DNA of 64,000 nt from Candidatus Bathyarchaeia archaeon (lineage in GTDB: Archaea; Thermoproteota; Bathyarchaeia; Bathyarchaeales; Bathycorpusculaceae), in the NCBI GenBank assembly GCA_038870595.1, contig JAVZJU010000002.1, positions 1 to 64,000 of the forward strand. The letters run 5' to 3'. This document shows positions 9,778 through 18,543 of the stretch, in pieces (within the stretch, counting starts at the first letter, position 1; each line of letters starts with the position of its first letter). The position numbers were made by a program, and so were the translations under genes. Below the pieces are notes generated by a model. That model saw only the letters and a list, made by a program, of their open reading frames with translations. It was not told the DNA's origin and ran no database searches.

Positions 9778-10379
9778 CGTTTCTTGAGGAAGTTTTTGAG
9801 GGCTTTTCTTATCTCTTTTAATGTTAGGATTCTTTGTTGGAATTCTGGTTTGAAGGGGTGGGTTTCGCTTTCCAGAAGCTCTTTTAGGCGGGTGTAATAG
9901 GCTTCAAACTCCTCCGGCGTGTTGCTCTTAAACTTGAATATGGCTATTTCGCCCTTTGGGTTTTCCCAGCGCTTATCGTAAGCGTCTATGGGGCGGGTTG
10001 TGCCGAACCGCTCAATGCTCCTCTCCATCAAAATTTCCTTCTCAACATTGAGAACTACGAGTAGGCTGTTGACGGGTGAAACCTTTGATGTTAAAAGAAA
10101 TTCGCGGGTAACATTGTCTGGGGCTGTTGAGTCTATAACGACACTGTAGCCCTTCTTTAGAAGGACATCCCGCATTTCGGCAATAAGCGAATAAACGAGA
10201 AATTCGTCTCGGCATGGAAAACTTTCATAAAAGAGCATTTGCCTCAACTCGTCAACCCCCATTCTGGCTATATAGGGGTAGTCGGCGACAAGCCTCTTAG
10301 CAAGCATGGTTTTGCCAGAAACGGGATAGCCGCTTAAAACAATTAGCCATAAACCTTTAAGGCTGCCACCCATACTCAA
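9771..10379 (-). CDS. P-loop kinase-like protein (AAA_33/PSTK/zeta-toxin-like fold)
   Basis: Walker A LSGYPVSGKTMLAKRL and Walker B-like VVIDST. Specificity is unknown. Confidence 0.45.
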   Translation of the reverse strand: MSMGGSLKGLWLIVLSGYPVSGKTMLAKRLVADYPYIARMGVDELRQMLFYESFPCRDEFLVYSLIAEMRDVLLKKGYSVVIDSTAPDNVTREFLLTSKVSPVNSLLVVLNVEKEILMERSIERFGTTRPIDAYDKRWENPKGEIAIFKFKSNTPEEFEAYYTRLKELLESETHPFKPEFQQRILTLKEIRKALKNFLKKRQ

Positions 10380-10457
10380 CCCTTTATAGTCACCGCTAAT
10401 TAAGGCTTAAACTCCTCCAAAATAAAAGAACAAAATAAAGGAAAAAGGAAAGAGAGT

Positions 10458-11498
10458 CTAAGCGAGTTTTTCTCCACAGTTTGGACAGAACTTAGCCCCG
10501 GCTTGAACCTCGCTTCCACACTTTGGACACTTAACGGTTGATTGCAGCGGGTTTCCACAGTTGGAGCAGAACTTGGCTCCAGCAGGATTTGCTGTTCCAC
10601 ATTTAGGGCAGTTAACTCCCCCAGCCGCCACTTGCAGTGGCGCGCCACAATTGCTACAGAATTTGGCTGTCTGCGGATTCTGGAAATTACATTTTGGACA
10701 TAGTACCATGGGCACCGCCGGTGCTGGTGCCGGTGCTGGCTGAAGCACTTGTGGAAGGATCACTGCCCCGGCCCCTACCGCCGCTCCCGGGCTTTTGGAT
10801 AGGCTTTCAGCCGATTTTTGGACCGTCTCCATTCTTAGAACTTCTGTGGCTGCAACACCAGTTTTCACGTAGAACAGCCTATCCCTCCATTCCGGTGTTG
10901 TGTCGATTCCTTCAAATTTGACGTCTATCAGCTCAAGACCTATTCTTGAGAGGGCGTCGAAAAGCGCGTTTTTAGCCACTAGACTTGTTTCGTCCAGCTT
11001 GCCATAAACCTCTGCAAGCGAGTATTGGCTTAAAGTGTCAATAAGCCTCTCGTTGAAGTATCCCCTCAAAAAGTCTTGAAGCTTGTCGGTTGTGAAGGCT
11101 CCTTGTCCGCCAACCACCTCGTTGACAAAGAGGTTCGGCTCTTCAACCCTAAACCAGAAACTGCCAAAGAACTTTATTGGGGCAAGCTCCTTTGTCTGGC
11201 TTTGGGCGCCAAACCTTCCTTGAAACTGTTTAAGCGAAATGAAGATTACGGTGCATCTGAAGGGAACTTTGTCAAAACCGGCAATTTTAGACAGAATCTT
11301 AGTGAGAAGTGGAAGATTTGCTGTCGTCAAAACGTGGCGTCCAGCCCTAAAAACGTCGTAGGCTTTTCCATCTCTAAAGAAGACTGCAGCCTCATACTCG
11401 TGGACTATTAGGTTGTCGCCCCAAGCTATCTCTTCATTAGGATATCTCCAAACGATATCTTCCTCCCTCGCACCGGTCCACTCTATAACTTTAGGCAT
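10458..11498 (-). CDS. SPFH/Band-7 family protein of the YdjI type with three C-terminal zinc-ribbon repeats
   Basis: The N-terminus KVIEW...EDIVWRYPNEEI...LIV...FFRDGK follows the pattern of B. subtilis YdjI-like proteins. A PAPAPAP linker precedes three CPKCxxxxxxxAKFCxNCG repeats. Confidence 0.7.
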   Translation of the reverse strand: MPKVIEWTGAREEDIVWRYPNEEIAWGDNLIVHEYEAAVFFRDGKAYDVFRAGRHVLTTANLPLLTKILSKIAGFDKVPFRCTVIFISLKQFQGRFGAQSQTKELAPIKFFGSFWFRVEEPNLFVNEVVGGQGAFTTDKLQDFLRGYFNERLIDTLSQYSLAEVYGKLDETSLVAKNALFDALSRIGLELIDVKFEGIDTTPEWRDRLFYVKTGVAATEVLRMETVQKSAESLSKSPGAAVGAGAVILPQVLQPAPAPAPAVPMVLCPKCNFQNPQTAKFCSNCGAPLQVAAGGVNCPKCGTANPAGAKFCSNCGNPLQSTVKCPKCGSEVQAGAKFCPNCGEKLA

Positions 11499-11515
11499 TC
11501 AAATTTCACCTCCCT

Positions 11516-12055
11516 CTAACCCTGCAAACCCCTTAAGATTTCGGTCCTCTGGTCAACCAGCCTGTCCAGCTCCTCAACCTTTGATGTTAAACCGTCCATG
11601 GCTTGCCTCCACTCTTCCCCGCCAACATCCATCTTAACTATTTTTTCAACATCCAACCTTATGGACTCAGCCTTCTCAATAAGGTTTACATCATACTGAA
11701 GAACCTGGTCAAGCTTATCCTCCCGCACCTTAACGGCGTCAAACATTCCAGCATACCCGGCAACAGCCCTATCTATTCGTTGGGTCACCCTGTCAAGGCG
11801 GGATAACAGCGCCTCATACCTGTACGTGTCCTCTCCAGAAAGCTTCTGGGCAACCGACGGATTTGCGAAGCTTCTCCTGAAAATTGTTTTCGCGTCCCTA
11901 AGCCTATTTACAACCTCCATCCTGACGAGGCGGTCGCTTTCCCTCCGCAGCTCTTTCTCCTTGTATCCCCTATACCCCGGGATATAGCCCATGATTCTCT
12001 CTAGGAGGCTTCTTTCCCCGCGAACCTTTTCCAAATATTCTTTCCCGCTCATCAC
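11516..12055 (-). CDS. Coiled-coil protein of unknown function, co-transcribed with the SPFH gene
   Basis: Charged heptad-rich sequence; 4-nt overlap with the upstream membrane-protein gene. Confidence 0.45.
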   Translation of the reverse strand: MMSGKEYLEKVRGERSLLERIMGYIPGYRGYKEKELRRESDRLVRMEVVNRLRDAKTIFRRSFANPSVAQKLSGEDTYRYEALLSRLDRVTQRIDRAVAGYAGMFDAVKVREDKLDQVLQYDVNLIEKAESIRLDVEKIVKMDVGGEEWRQAMDGLTSKVEELDRLVDQRTEILRGLQG

Positions 12056-12399
12056 TTACTCCTCTTATATGCGGCTATACCTATGACAGCCATTATAATT
12101 AAAAGTATCCCCAAGATTAGAAGCGGAGGCACGACCGCGTAGGTTGCTGAAACAACGCCAACGCACGTCATGATAATTCCCCAGACAAGATAAAAGATCG
12201 GGTCTTTACGGCTGAAAAACGAATAAAATAGCGTATAAACTCCTAAGGGACCAAAAATCCATGCTAGAAGGTTGAGATAATCGAAGGTAATTATGTTAAC
12301 ACTGTAAATAACCGCGGCAAAACCTAAAGAGGCAACAAGAACTGCAAGGGCGCCTGCGCCATAGCCGAATGAGGACACCTTCTTTTCAGATTTCAACAT
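12052..12399 (-). CDS. Small integral membrane protein (3 TM)
   Basis: Hydrophobic segments; head of the apparent operon with the SPFH gene. Confidence 0.45.
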   Translation of the reverse strand: MLKSEKKVSSFGYGAGALAVLVASLGFAAVIYSVNIITFDYLNLLAWIFGPLGVYTLFYSFFSRKDPIFYLVWGIIMTCVGVVSATYAVVPPLLILGILLIIMAVIGIAAYKRSK

Positions 12400-12500
12400 T
12401 TTTCCTCCAATTCTGCAATGATATTTTCCGGCATCGCCCTATTAAAGTTTCACAAAAATGGCTTTATGGAGGTTTAACTTTACAGAGGCGATTCCAGCTG

Positions 12501-13205
12501 CTACTTTAGGATTAGCGGATATATCTCTTTAGCCACATATTCTAGGTATTTTTCCTTGTCTGTTAAGTTAAAAATGGTTACTGAGGCGTCTCTGGTTATG
12601 CCGACCACATAGCCGTACTCTCTTGATCTTGCCACCATGTACCATAGGTCGCCGTGCTTGCAATAATCCTCAAAAAGCGAAGTGTTCACCAAGTCCGGTC
12701 CATAAAGCGAAAGCTTGTTCACGTTGGGAATATCCACATTGTCGAAAAAAGTGATTTTTGTGTCTTCTGGATTTTTCAGGTGAAACTCGCGGAGGGTTTC
12801 AGGCGGTATGCGGGCTTCCACCACTCCGCCGACACGGTCGAAGAGGATTTCACTTATTTTGTTGGCTATGAAATTGGCTAGGCGTTTCTTCTCAACAACT
12901 GTTAGGAATGTGGCGTCCTCCAGTTTGGAGAAGCTGAAGAGGGCTTCAACCGTGCGGGGAAGGGGTGCGACCTTACCTCTGTGGAAAACGTTAATTATGT
13001 AGTCGTGGGAGTAGACACCCCTAAGCATGTTCTCATCTGGTTTTGGAAGAAGCCCCACAACCTCTGTTACAAGTGTAAACTTGTAGTCGCCCTCCTCATA
13101 GGATTCTTCAACACGGTAGCCTTCAAGCCTAGAAGCAACATCGTCCAAGGGAAGCGGTTCTGAAAGTCGAAAGACCTTTCCGGCAACAACCATTAATATC
13201 GCCAA
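12501..13205 (-). CDS. Hypothetical protein, divergent from the SMC-like operon
   Basis: Long ORF with no recognised motif. Confidence 0.4.
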   Translation of the reverse strand: MAILMVVAGKVFRLSEPLPLDDVASRLEGYRVEESYEEGDYKFTLVTEVVGLLPKPDENMLRGVYSHDYIINVFHRGKVAPLPRTVEALFSFSKLEDATFLTVVEKKRLANFIANKISEILFDRVGGVVEARIPPETLREFHLKNPEDTKITFFDNVDIPNVNKLSLYGPDLVNTSLFEDYCKHGDLWYMVARSREYGYVVGITRDASVTIFNLTDKEKYLEYVAKEIYPLILK

Positions 13206-13402
13206 ACACGTATAATGGCGCGTTGAAGACTAAAGCCTTACGCTTGAGCATTTTAATCGTAGCAATAGTAACTTTAATCCGTCTAAGAATTTGTTAAAAT
13301 ATAGGTTCGCCTTAGTTGCAAGTTGCCTAATTGTTTTAATAAGAGTTTTTATCCTCTATTTTATACTGCATAAGGGCAAGGCGTTAGAGGAAAAGAAAAC
13401 AG

Positions 13403-15325
13403 ATGCTAGTCAGCGAGGTGATCCTTGAAAACTTCATGAGCTATGAGTATGCTAGGGTGCCCTTTAAACCCGGAGTGAACGTGGTTTGTGGTCCCAATGG
13501 TGCTGGGAAGTCCTCGCTTTTGTTGGCTATTTCTGTGGCTCTTGGGCAGTCTTACACTGAGCGTTCCAGGAAGCTCAGCGACTTGATCCGTTGGGGTAAG
13601 GATCAAGCCCGTGTTACGCTTATACTTGATAATTCTAAGAGGGGCGGGAAACGCCCAGTTCCAAAGTTTAACAAGGACCAGATTTTTTTGACGAGGGTTT
13701 TGAGGCGGGATGGCAAGTACTGGTTTGAGTTGGAGAATAGGGCTGCTTCAAAGCAGGACGTGGAGAGGCTTTTGGCTAGGCTGGGCGTTGACCCGGACAA
13801 CATGCTTATTATTATGCATCAGAACATGGTGGAACAGTTTACAGTGCTTTCCCCCCAAGATAAGCTGAAAATGGTCGAGGCGGCTGTTGGGCTTGAGGCT
13901 TACCGCGAAAACGTTTTGGAAGCCCAGAAAAAGCTCACTCGCATATTAAGCCAAGAAGAGTCCATAAGCAAGCTTTTGGAGTCGGCGGAGCAGACCCTCA
14001 ACTATTGGAGAGAGCAATACGAAAGGTTTCAAGAGAAGAAGCAGTTGATGGCTAAGAGGCACTTCTTGGAGCGAGAACTTGCCTGGGCTGAGGTAAACCG
14101 AAGAGAAGACATGGTTAAAGATTTAGAGGCAAAACTTGAGGAAGAATTATCCCTGTTAAGGCAGATTGAAGGAGAAGCCAAAATCGCCCATGAACAGCTT
14201 CAAACACAGCAGAGCCAGCTTGAAAGGCTTAAGGGCGAATGGAAGAGAAGCCTCAACGAAACCATAGCTCTCGAACGGGAAAAAGCTGGAAGCCAAGCCA
14301 CAGTCTCGCTTTGTGAACAGCTACTGGCAGAGGCAGCCTTCATAGAAAACGAGGCTCAAAGCGGCAAACAGCATTTGAAGCTTTTAAAAACTGAAAGCTT
14401 AAAGGAGCTTATAGAAAGCTCGCGGTTGAAGGTTTCAAAGCTTGATGAGGAGCTGGGCAGAAAACTGTCGGAGACGCGGATTCTTGAGGAGCAGATGGAG
14501 AAGGTTGGAAGCCAGATTCTTGACGCTCGGGTTAGGCTTGCACTTTTAAATTATAGGATGGAAAATTCGAAGGCAAACATTGAGGGTTTGGACAAAGCGC
14601 TTAAAGATGCAAAAGCCCAGCTGGATGTGGCTGTTAAGAGGGCTGAGGAAACTGGACCAAGAATCGCCGTAGTTAAGAGTGTTGGCGAAATCTTAGATGA
14701 AATCCGTGTCATTGATGGGCACTTGGCGGCTTTGGCTGGAGTTTCAGAAGATGTGGAACGCATGTACGAGTCTTACTCACAGCTTTACTTGGAGCTTAAG
14801 GAGAAAGCGCGGCTAGTGGCTGAAAACCGTGAAAAAGCTTTAGAAGAGGTTAAGGCTCGGATGCAAGCTTGGCGAACAGTAATCCAAAACCTTCTAGACC
14901 GTGTAAATTTGGAGTATCAGAAGATTTTGGTGAGTTCTCAGGCTGTTGGCGAGGTTAGGCTTGTGAATGAGCATGACATTGAGGCGGCTGGACTTGAAAT
15001 TCTTGTGGGGTTTAAGGGTGGAAAACCAGTGCCGCTTAATGCTTACACGCAGAGCGGAGGCGAAAGAACAACAGCCACCATGAGCTTCTTGTTGGCTTTG
15101 CAGCAGCATGTGCGCTCGCCCTTCCGCGCAGTGGACGAGTACGATGTGCACATGGACCCGAAGAACCGAGAAATAATAGCTCAAATGCTGATTTCAATGG
15201 TTAAGAATGCGAACGCTCAATATGTGGTGATTACTCCAAGCCAAGTGACTTTCGCGAAGGATAATGTTAACATTATTACTGTTCAGAATGTTGAAGGAAA
15301 GTCGATAATCAAAGAGGTTGCCTAA
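13403..15325 (+). CDS. SMC/Rad50-like ABC ATPase, half-length and hinge-less
   Basis: Walker A GPNGAGKSSLLLA, Q-loop IMHQNMVEQF, about 330 aa of predicted coiled coil, ABC signature QSGGERTTATMSFLLAL, Walker B RAVDEYDVHMD. No hinge or Zn-hook motif. Confidence 0.75.
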   Translation: MLVSEVILENFMSYEYARVPFKPGVNVVCGPNGAGKSSLLLAISVALGQSYTERSRKLSDLIRWGKDQARVTLILDNSKRGGKRPVPKFNKDQIFLTRVLRRDGKYWFELENRAASKQDVERLLARLGVDPDNMLIIMHQNMVEQFTVLSPQDKLKMVEAAVGLEAYRENVLEAQKKLTRILSQEESISKLLESAEQTLNYWREQYERFQEKKQLMAKRHFLERELAWAEVNRREDMVKDLEAKLEEELSLLRQIEGEAKIAHEQLQTQQSQLERLKGEWKRSLNETIALEREKAGSQATVSLCEQLLAEAAFIENEAQSGKQHLKLLKTESLKELIESSRLKVSKLDEELGRKLSETRILEEQMEKVGSQILDARVRLALLNYRMENSKANIEGLDKALKDAKAQLDVAVKRAEETGPRIAVVKSVGEILDEIRVIDGHLAALAGVSEDVERMYESYSQLYLELKEKARLVAENREKALEEVKARMQAWRTVIQNLLDRVNLEYQKILVSSQAVGEVRLVNEHDIEAAGLEILVGFKGGKPVPLNAYTQSGGERTTATMSFLLALQQHVRSPFRAVDEYDVHMDPKNREIIAQMLISMVKNANAQYVVITPSQVTFAKDNVNIITVQNVEGKSIIKEVA

Positions 15326-16155
15326 TGCAGTCAAAGCGGGAACGCGTCAAAATTGGGCGGGAGAGGCTTCAGCGGGTTATTGAGATGTGCCGAGCTGTTG
15401 AGGAGCGCTCCCTAGACCCCTTTCTGGTGGATGTGGACGAGATAATTAGGGTTGTTAGGGAGTTTTTCCCAGAGTGGGAGCAGCCTGAAGACCTATGCCT
15501 AGACGCAGAGGCAATAAACCGCCTCGCATCGGTTGTTAGGCTTCAAAGCGAATGGGTTAGACACCGCTCAACATCCCTTTACACAGACCCCTTTCTCCTA
15601 GAGGAGAAGATAAAACGAATGGAGAAAGAAGCCATTGTAGATGCTTTTGTTGGCTCTTGGCACCCAATAGTGGAGTTTGAACAGATTTCGCTCCACAGCC
15701 TAAAAGAAGCGCTGCGCTATTGGGAAAGTCTCCCGCCACTAAAAGATAGGTGGAAAGAGTTCCCACCACCAGAAGAGGCTGGCGGAGCCGCCACCCGAGA
15801 GGAGCTTATAAGGCTTAGGATTTTGCAGGATAAAGCCTTCACAGAGGAATTGGAAAACTTTTGGAATGAGTTGAAAAGGCTGGTTGGGGAGAAGGGCGAG
15901 AATGGCAGAATCCGATACTGGGATTTTGTTGGTGCTGAAACCTATGAGGAGACAACCCGCAGAGCTTTCATGACAAGTTTTCTTGTAACTTATGGTTATG
16001 CAACCCTTGAGGTTCACCCATTGGAGGAAGAAATCTTCGTTAAGCCTTTTGAGAGGCAACAGAGGCGCATTGCCAAAAAACAGCTGGTTTCGATACCCAT
16101 AGCCATAACTGTTGAGGAGTGGGAAAAGTGGAAGAGGGGAAACCAAAATGAGTAG
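15325..16155 (+). CDS. scpA: ScpA-like kleisin
   Basis: N-terminal SLDPFLVDVDEII...ASVVRLQSEW resembles archaeal ScpA (IDPWxIDIxE...AS.L.R.KSE). C-terminal FMTSFLVTYGYATLEVHPLEEEIFVK resembles the ScpA C-terminal winged helix. Start overlaps the SMC-like stop. Confidence 0.55.
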   Translation: MQSKRERVKIGRERLQRVIEMCRAVEERSLDPFLVDVDEIIRVVREFFPEWEQPEDLCLDAEAINRLASVVRLQSEWVRHRSTSLYTDPFLLEEKIKRMEKEAIVDAFVGSWHPIVEFEQISLHSLKEALRYWESLPPLKDRWKEFPPPEEAGGAATREELIRLRILQDKAFTEELENFWNELKRLVGEKGENGRIRYWDFVGAETYEETTRRAFMTSFLVTYGYATLEVHPLEEEIFVKPFERQQRRIAKKQLVSIPIAITVEEWEKWKRGNQNE

Positions 16156-16705
16156 GAGGAAAGCTGTCTACGCCAGCAAAATGAAACGCGCCGTCCACAT
16201 GCTTTTCTACCGAAGACATAAAAAGCCCGGAGTGAAAGGCTGGGAACTCCGAAAAGCCTTGGGCTCAGACTACCCAAAAGTCCTAAACATTTTGGATGAG
16301 TACTTGAAACCTTTGGACTTGCAGGTTAAAATGGTTTTTGAAGAGGAGAAGCCAGCCGCTGAAAAGCCAACGCTGGAAGAATTGGACAAGGCGAGGTTTT
16401 ACATAACCCTAAGGGGTGATTTAACGCCTAAAGAGGCTAAGATGGTTGGTTGGCGCATAGACGACTTGGCTGGACTAGCCATAACAATAGCCTACATAAT
16501 CTCGAAAAAGGGAAAAGCACCCCGCAAAGAGGTGGAAGAACTTTTACGCGAGAAGCTGCCGGGCTGGAAGGTGGGCTTAAACATAGACCGCTACATACGT
16601 TATGGCTATTTAACCCAAGATGAAAACGAACAGCTGTACCTGGACTGGAGAACAAGAGCGGAAGTAGACCAAAAAGCACTGATAGACTTAATTTTATCCA
16701 AGTAA
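16148..16705 (+). CDS. scpB: ScpB-like winged-helix protein (tentative)
   Basis: About 185 aa with two winged-helix-like segments. Its position after the kleisin is the main argument. The ORF track starts at 16112; the ATG at 16148 is more likely. Confidence 0.35.
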   Translation: MSRRKAVYASKMKRAVHMLFYRRHKKPGVKGWELRKALGSDYPKVLNILDEYLKPLDLQVKMVFEEEKPAAEKPTLEELDKARFYITLRGDLTPKEAKMVGWRIDDLAGLAITIAYIISKKGKAPRKEVEELLREKLPGWKVGLNIDRYIRYGYLTQDENEQLYLDWRTRAEVDQKALIDLILSK

Positions 16706-16849
16706 AAACTAAACTGTTTTTCTTCTCCCCACTAATCTTGTAAGCAATCAGTCTTTAGCTGAGCTTTAGACCATTTGACCATTTAAGGCCAAATATCAAG
16801 AGACGAAACACCAACGCAGAATCCCAGACTTATTAAAAAAGGATAGCTA

Positions 16850-17386
16850 TCAGAAGAGCCAACCACTGCTCTTCCGCCATTTCTTCTTAGGTTTGGTTTT
16901 TGGTTTAGGCATATTATTTATTTCTCGATTAATTTGTTCTATTGTTAGTTCTTTAGCTAGAGCATTGACATATTGACGCTTAGTTGGAGGCGATCTTGTT
17001 TCACCGAACAAGCCCTCAGAAACTCTTCCTTTAACCCTTATCCTGTGCCTTTGTGCAAGATATTTGAGCTCGCTCAAGTTCAATTTTTGCAAAAGTTTCT
17101 TGGCTCTTTTTTCTGGTGTCTCGGGTAAACCAAGCTTTTTCCTAACTTCTTTTAATGAAAGAGTTCTCATCGACTTGTTGCATGTAGGACAAAGTAGGAT
17201 GGCGTTCCTTAAGGTCAATTTTCCTCCTTTCGCGTGGGCTCTGTTGTGACCTATTTCAAAGTTGAAAGGGTCGACTTTTTTCCCACAAATTTGACATATG
17301 CCCCTATCTCTTTCGTAAACCATTTTCTTCAGAATTTTGCTAGGGGTTGGTCTTCTTTCTTCCTCCCAGAACAACACCAATCCCAA
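16850..17386 (-). CDS. HNH endonuclease with Lys-rich C-terminal tail
   Basis: CQICGKK...HNRAHAKGG...LLCPTCN (CxxC...HN...H...CxxCN). The tail is KPKTKPKKKWRK. Likely start at the internal Met MVYERDRG. Confidence 0.65.
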   Translation of the reverse strand: MGLVLFWEEERRPTPSKILKKMVYERDRGICQICGKKVDPFNFEIGHNRAHAKGGKLTLRNAILLCPTCNKSMRTLSLKEVRKKLGLPETPEKRAKKLLQKLNLSELKYLAQRHRIRVKGRVSEGLFGETRSPPTKRQYVNALAKELTIEQINREINNMPKPKTKPKKKWRKSSGWLF

Positions 17387-17548
17387 AATAAAATGCCAAA
17401 TTAAACTTTAAATAATTATTGTTTAAGAAGCCTTTTCACGTACTTGTTTTATTTTGTTCGATGTCTATGTGTGTGATACGTGTTGGTATTATGTGACCGG
17501 AGAGTTAGAGTTGGTTAAAAACGAAGCCATTTAAGAATATAGCTGATT

Positions 17549-17734
17549 CTATTTTCTGATTTTTCTGTAGAGATAGGCTATTATGTCAATTATAATTATT
17601 GCTGTGAGAACTAAGAGGGGGCTTCCTAAAAACTGGCTTAGGAAAGATTCTTCTGCCGCGTAAACACGGTTGATTAAGGCGGACGCTATCAGTAATATGT
17701 GAATAGTGATGATTGTAGCTAAATTTTTCTTCAT
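17549..17734 (-). CDS. Small membrane protein (possible)
   Basis: 61 aa with two hydrophobic segments immediately downstream of nusA. Unsupported otherwise. Confidence 0.2.
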   Translation of the reverse strand: MKKNLATIITIHILLIASALINRVYAAEESFLSQFLGSPLLVLTAIIIIDIIAYLYRKIRK

Positions 17735-17770
17735 GTTTGCTTCGCCCTTCTTTTCTGTTTTTGGCGCGTT

Positions 17771-18208
17771 TTAGACTATGCTGACGTTTTGTATCTGGAA
17801 GTAGCGTTTCACCAGCATGCGGAGGCGCTCAGCGTTCCTTCCATTCTTCCCTATGGCTACACCCTTGTCTCTTGGGTGAACTGACACAACGGCTATTGTT
17901 CTGCCGTCTGGTCTCTCGGTTATCCTAACCTCTTGGACGTTGGCTGGTTTCAAAGCGTTTTTAATGAACTGGACTGGGTCTTCAGAGTACTCTATTATCT
18001 CGTGTTTTTTGCCCGTCATTCGCTCCAGAAGCCTAATGTTTCTTCCGCCCTTGCCTATGGCTGCGCCGATGTCGCCTTCTTTTACAACCATGATTACGCG
18101 TCCCTGCTCATCGTCAACTATGCAGTCTTTGACGCTGGCGCCGCTTACACTTTCGAAGAGGGCTATATACTTCATTTCTGTGCTGGTGATTTTTATGCCG
18201 CTACTCAT
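17771..18208 (-). CDS. nusA: Archaeal NusA-like transcription termination factor (two KH domains)
   Basis: GxxGxxI KH motifs (IGKGGRNIRLL, IGKNGRNAERL). Canonical position after rpl30e. Confidence 0.85.
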   Translation of the reverse strand: MSSGIKITSTEMKYIALFESVSGASVKDCIVDDEQGRVIMVVKEGDIGAAIGKGGRNIRLLERMTGKKHEIIEYSEDPVQFIKNALKPANVQEVRITERPDGRTIAVVSVHPRDKGVAIGKNGRNAERLRMLVKRYFQIQNVSIV

Positions 18209-18543
18209 TCGCTTCCTCCTTCGGACTCCTCTGCTTCCTCCATAGGCTCTACTAACTTAAGAATTTCTGAATCGCCGGGCTCTCTTATAGTTAACGCTGA
18301 AACAAGGAAGGGTTTTCCACAAACAGCAGCCAAATCCGTCGAAGAACCCCTATAAACAATTAATGGAACATTGGAAAGCTTGCAGTAATACTCCAAGTCG
18401 CTGCGAATCTTAGCTGGACAATTAGAAGCCACAATAATCATCTTCGCCTTTCCAGTTTTAGCGCTTTGAATCGCGAAATTAGAGCCAAAAGAAACCTTGC
18501 CGGTTTTCACAGCTGTTGAAATAGCCTTGTCAATGTCTATCAT
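18205..18543 (-). CDS. rpl30e: Ribosomal protein L30e
   Basis: 112 aa with VKTGKVSFGSN...AKMIIVASNCP...YYCKLSNVPLIVYRGSS; between rpoA and nusA as in archaea. Confidence 0.85.
   Translation of the reverse strand: MIDIDKAISTAVKTGKVSFGSNFAIQSAKTGKAKMIIVASNCPAKIRSDLEYYCKLSNVPLIVYRGSSTDLAAVCGKPFLVSALTIREPGDSEILKLVEPMEEAEESEGGSE

Noticed and set aside
10400-11411. ORFs 10400..10648, 10561..10743, 10637..10921 and 11076..11411 overlapping the SPFH/zinc-ribbon gene
   Set aside because: Alternative frames of the Ala/Pro/Gly-rich linker and zinc-ribbon repeats; the SPFH reading frame is the one with clear similarity.
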